DNA from: a virus
Taxonomy: Duplodnaviria; Caudoviricetes
Strand: one strand, 5' to 3'
Length of the DNA: 54,215 nucleotides
Virus record (IMG/VR): IMGVR_UViG_3300044961_000053
Location: 1-54,215 of that record
Part shown: positions 54,089 to 54,215 of the stretch, piece after piece
How positions within the stretch are numbered: the first letter of the stretch is position 1
How the letters are laid out: every line of letters begins with the position of its first letter
Program-made: the position numbers and the translations under genes
Notes under the pieces: generated by a model
What the model saw: the letters and a program-made list of their open reading frames with translations, nothing else
Told to the model about the DNA's origin: nothing
Databases searched by the model: none

Positions 54089-54215
54089 ATGTGGGAGTTA
54101 TAGGGGTGCGGGTTGTTGGACGGCGCCCCGGCACTCCTCATGGTCCGCATAGGGGGCCGCCACCTAGTAGCCGTCAGCTCACCACCAGCTCACCACCAGC
54201 TCACCACCAGCTCAC
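54089..54215. repeat. Terminal direct repeat, right copy
   Basis: Identical to 1-127. Confidence 0.95.

Noticed and set aside
53880-54134. 84-aa ORF with LNYYTHVT repeats
   Set aside because: Translation of the non-coding 45-bp repeats; no SD, and it overlaps the terS promoter

Overview
The window is a complete, circularly assembled ~54.1 kb genome of a tailed dsDNA phage, probably a podovirus. Bases 1-127 are repeated exactly at 54089-54215, which matches a k=127 assembler overlap. The + arm (1.8-21.4 kb) carries early and replication genes: a P-loop kinase, a MoxR ATPase with a DUF2201/VWA partner, four tRNAs interleaved with small ORFs, a DenV-like glycosylase, a SNF2 helicase, an orphan TSCPD protein, a family A DNA polymerase, Cas4-like and VRR-NUC nucleases, an SSB-like protein, an AEP/DUF927 primase-helicase and a DNA ligase. 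The - arm (53.8-21.4 kb) carries terminase, lysis (holin, GH24 endolysin, two spanins, implying a Gram-negative host), portal, Cys-rich Ig-like proteins next to a GT2 glycosyltransferase, scaffold, capsid, adaptors, fibre, nozzle, ejection proteins and a 2546-aa polyvalent protein. No integrase, repressor, RNA polymerase or reverse transcriptase is visible. The most unusual features are a 60-bp inverted repeat next to tRNA-Lys that could swap between two ORFs sharing an N-terminus, ORFs whose stop codons lie inside tRNAs, a tRNA-sized non-canonical cloverleaf fused to tRNA-Arg, a candidate virion glycosylation/disulfide module, a WCT plus helical-repeat module inserted within the peptidase domain of the giant protein, and a dyad-symmetric candidate origin. 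All family assignments come from motif recognition by eye, not from database searches.
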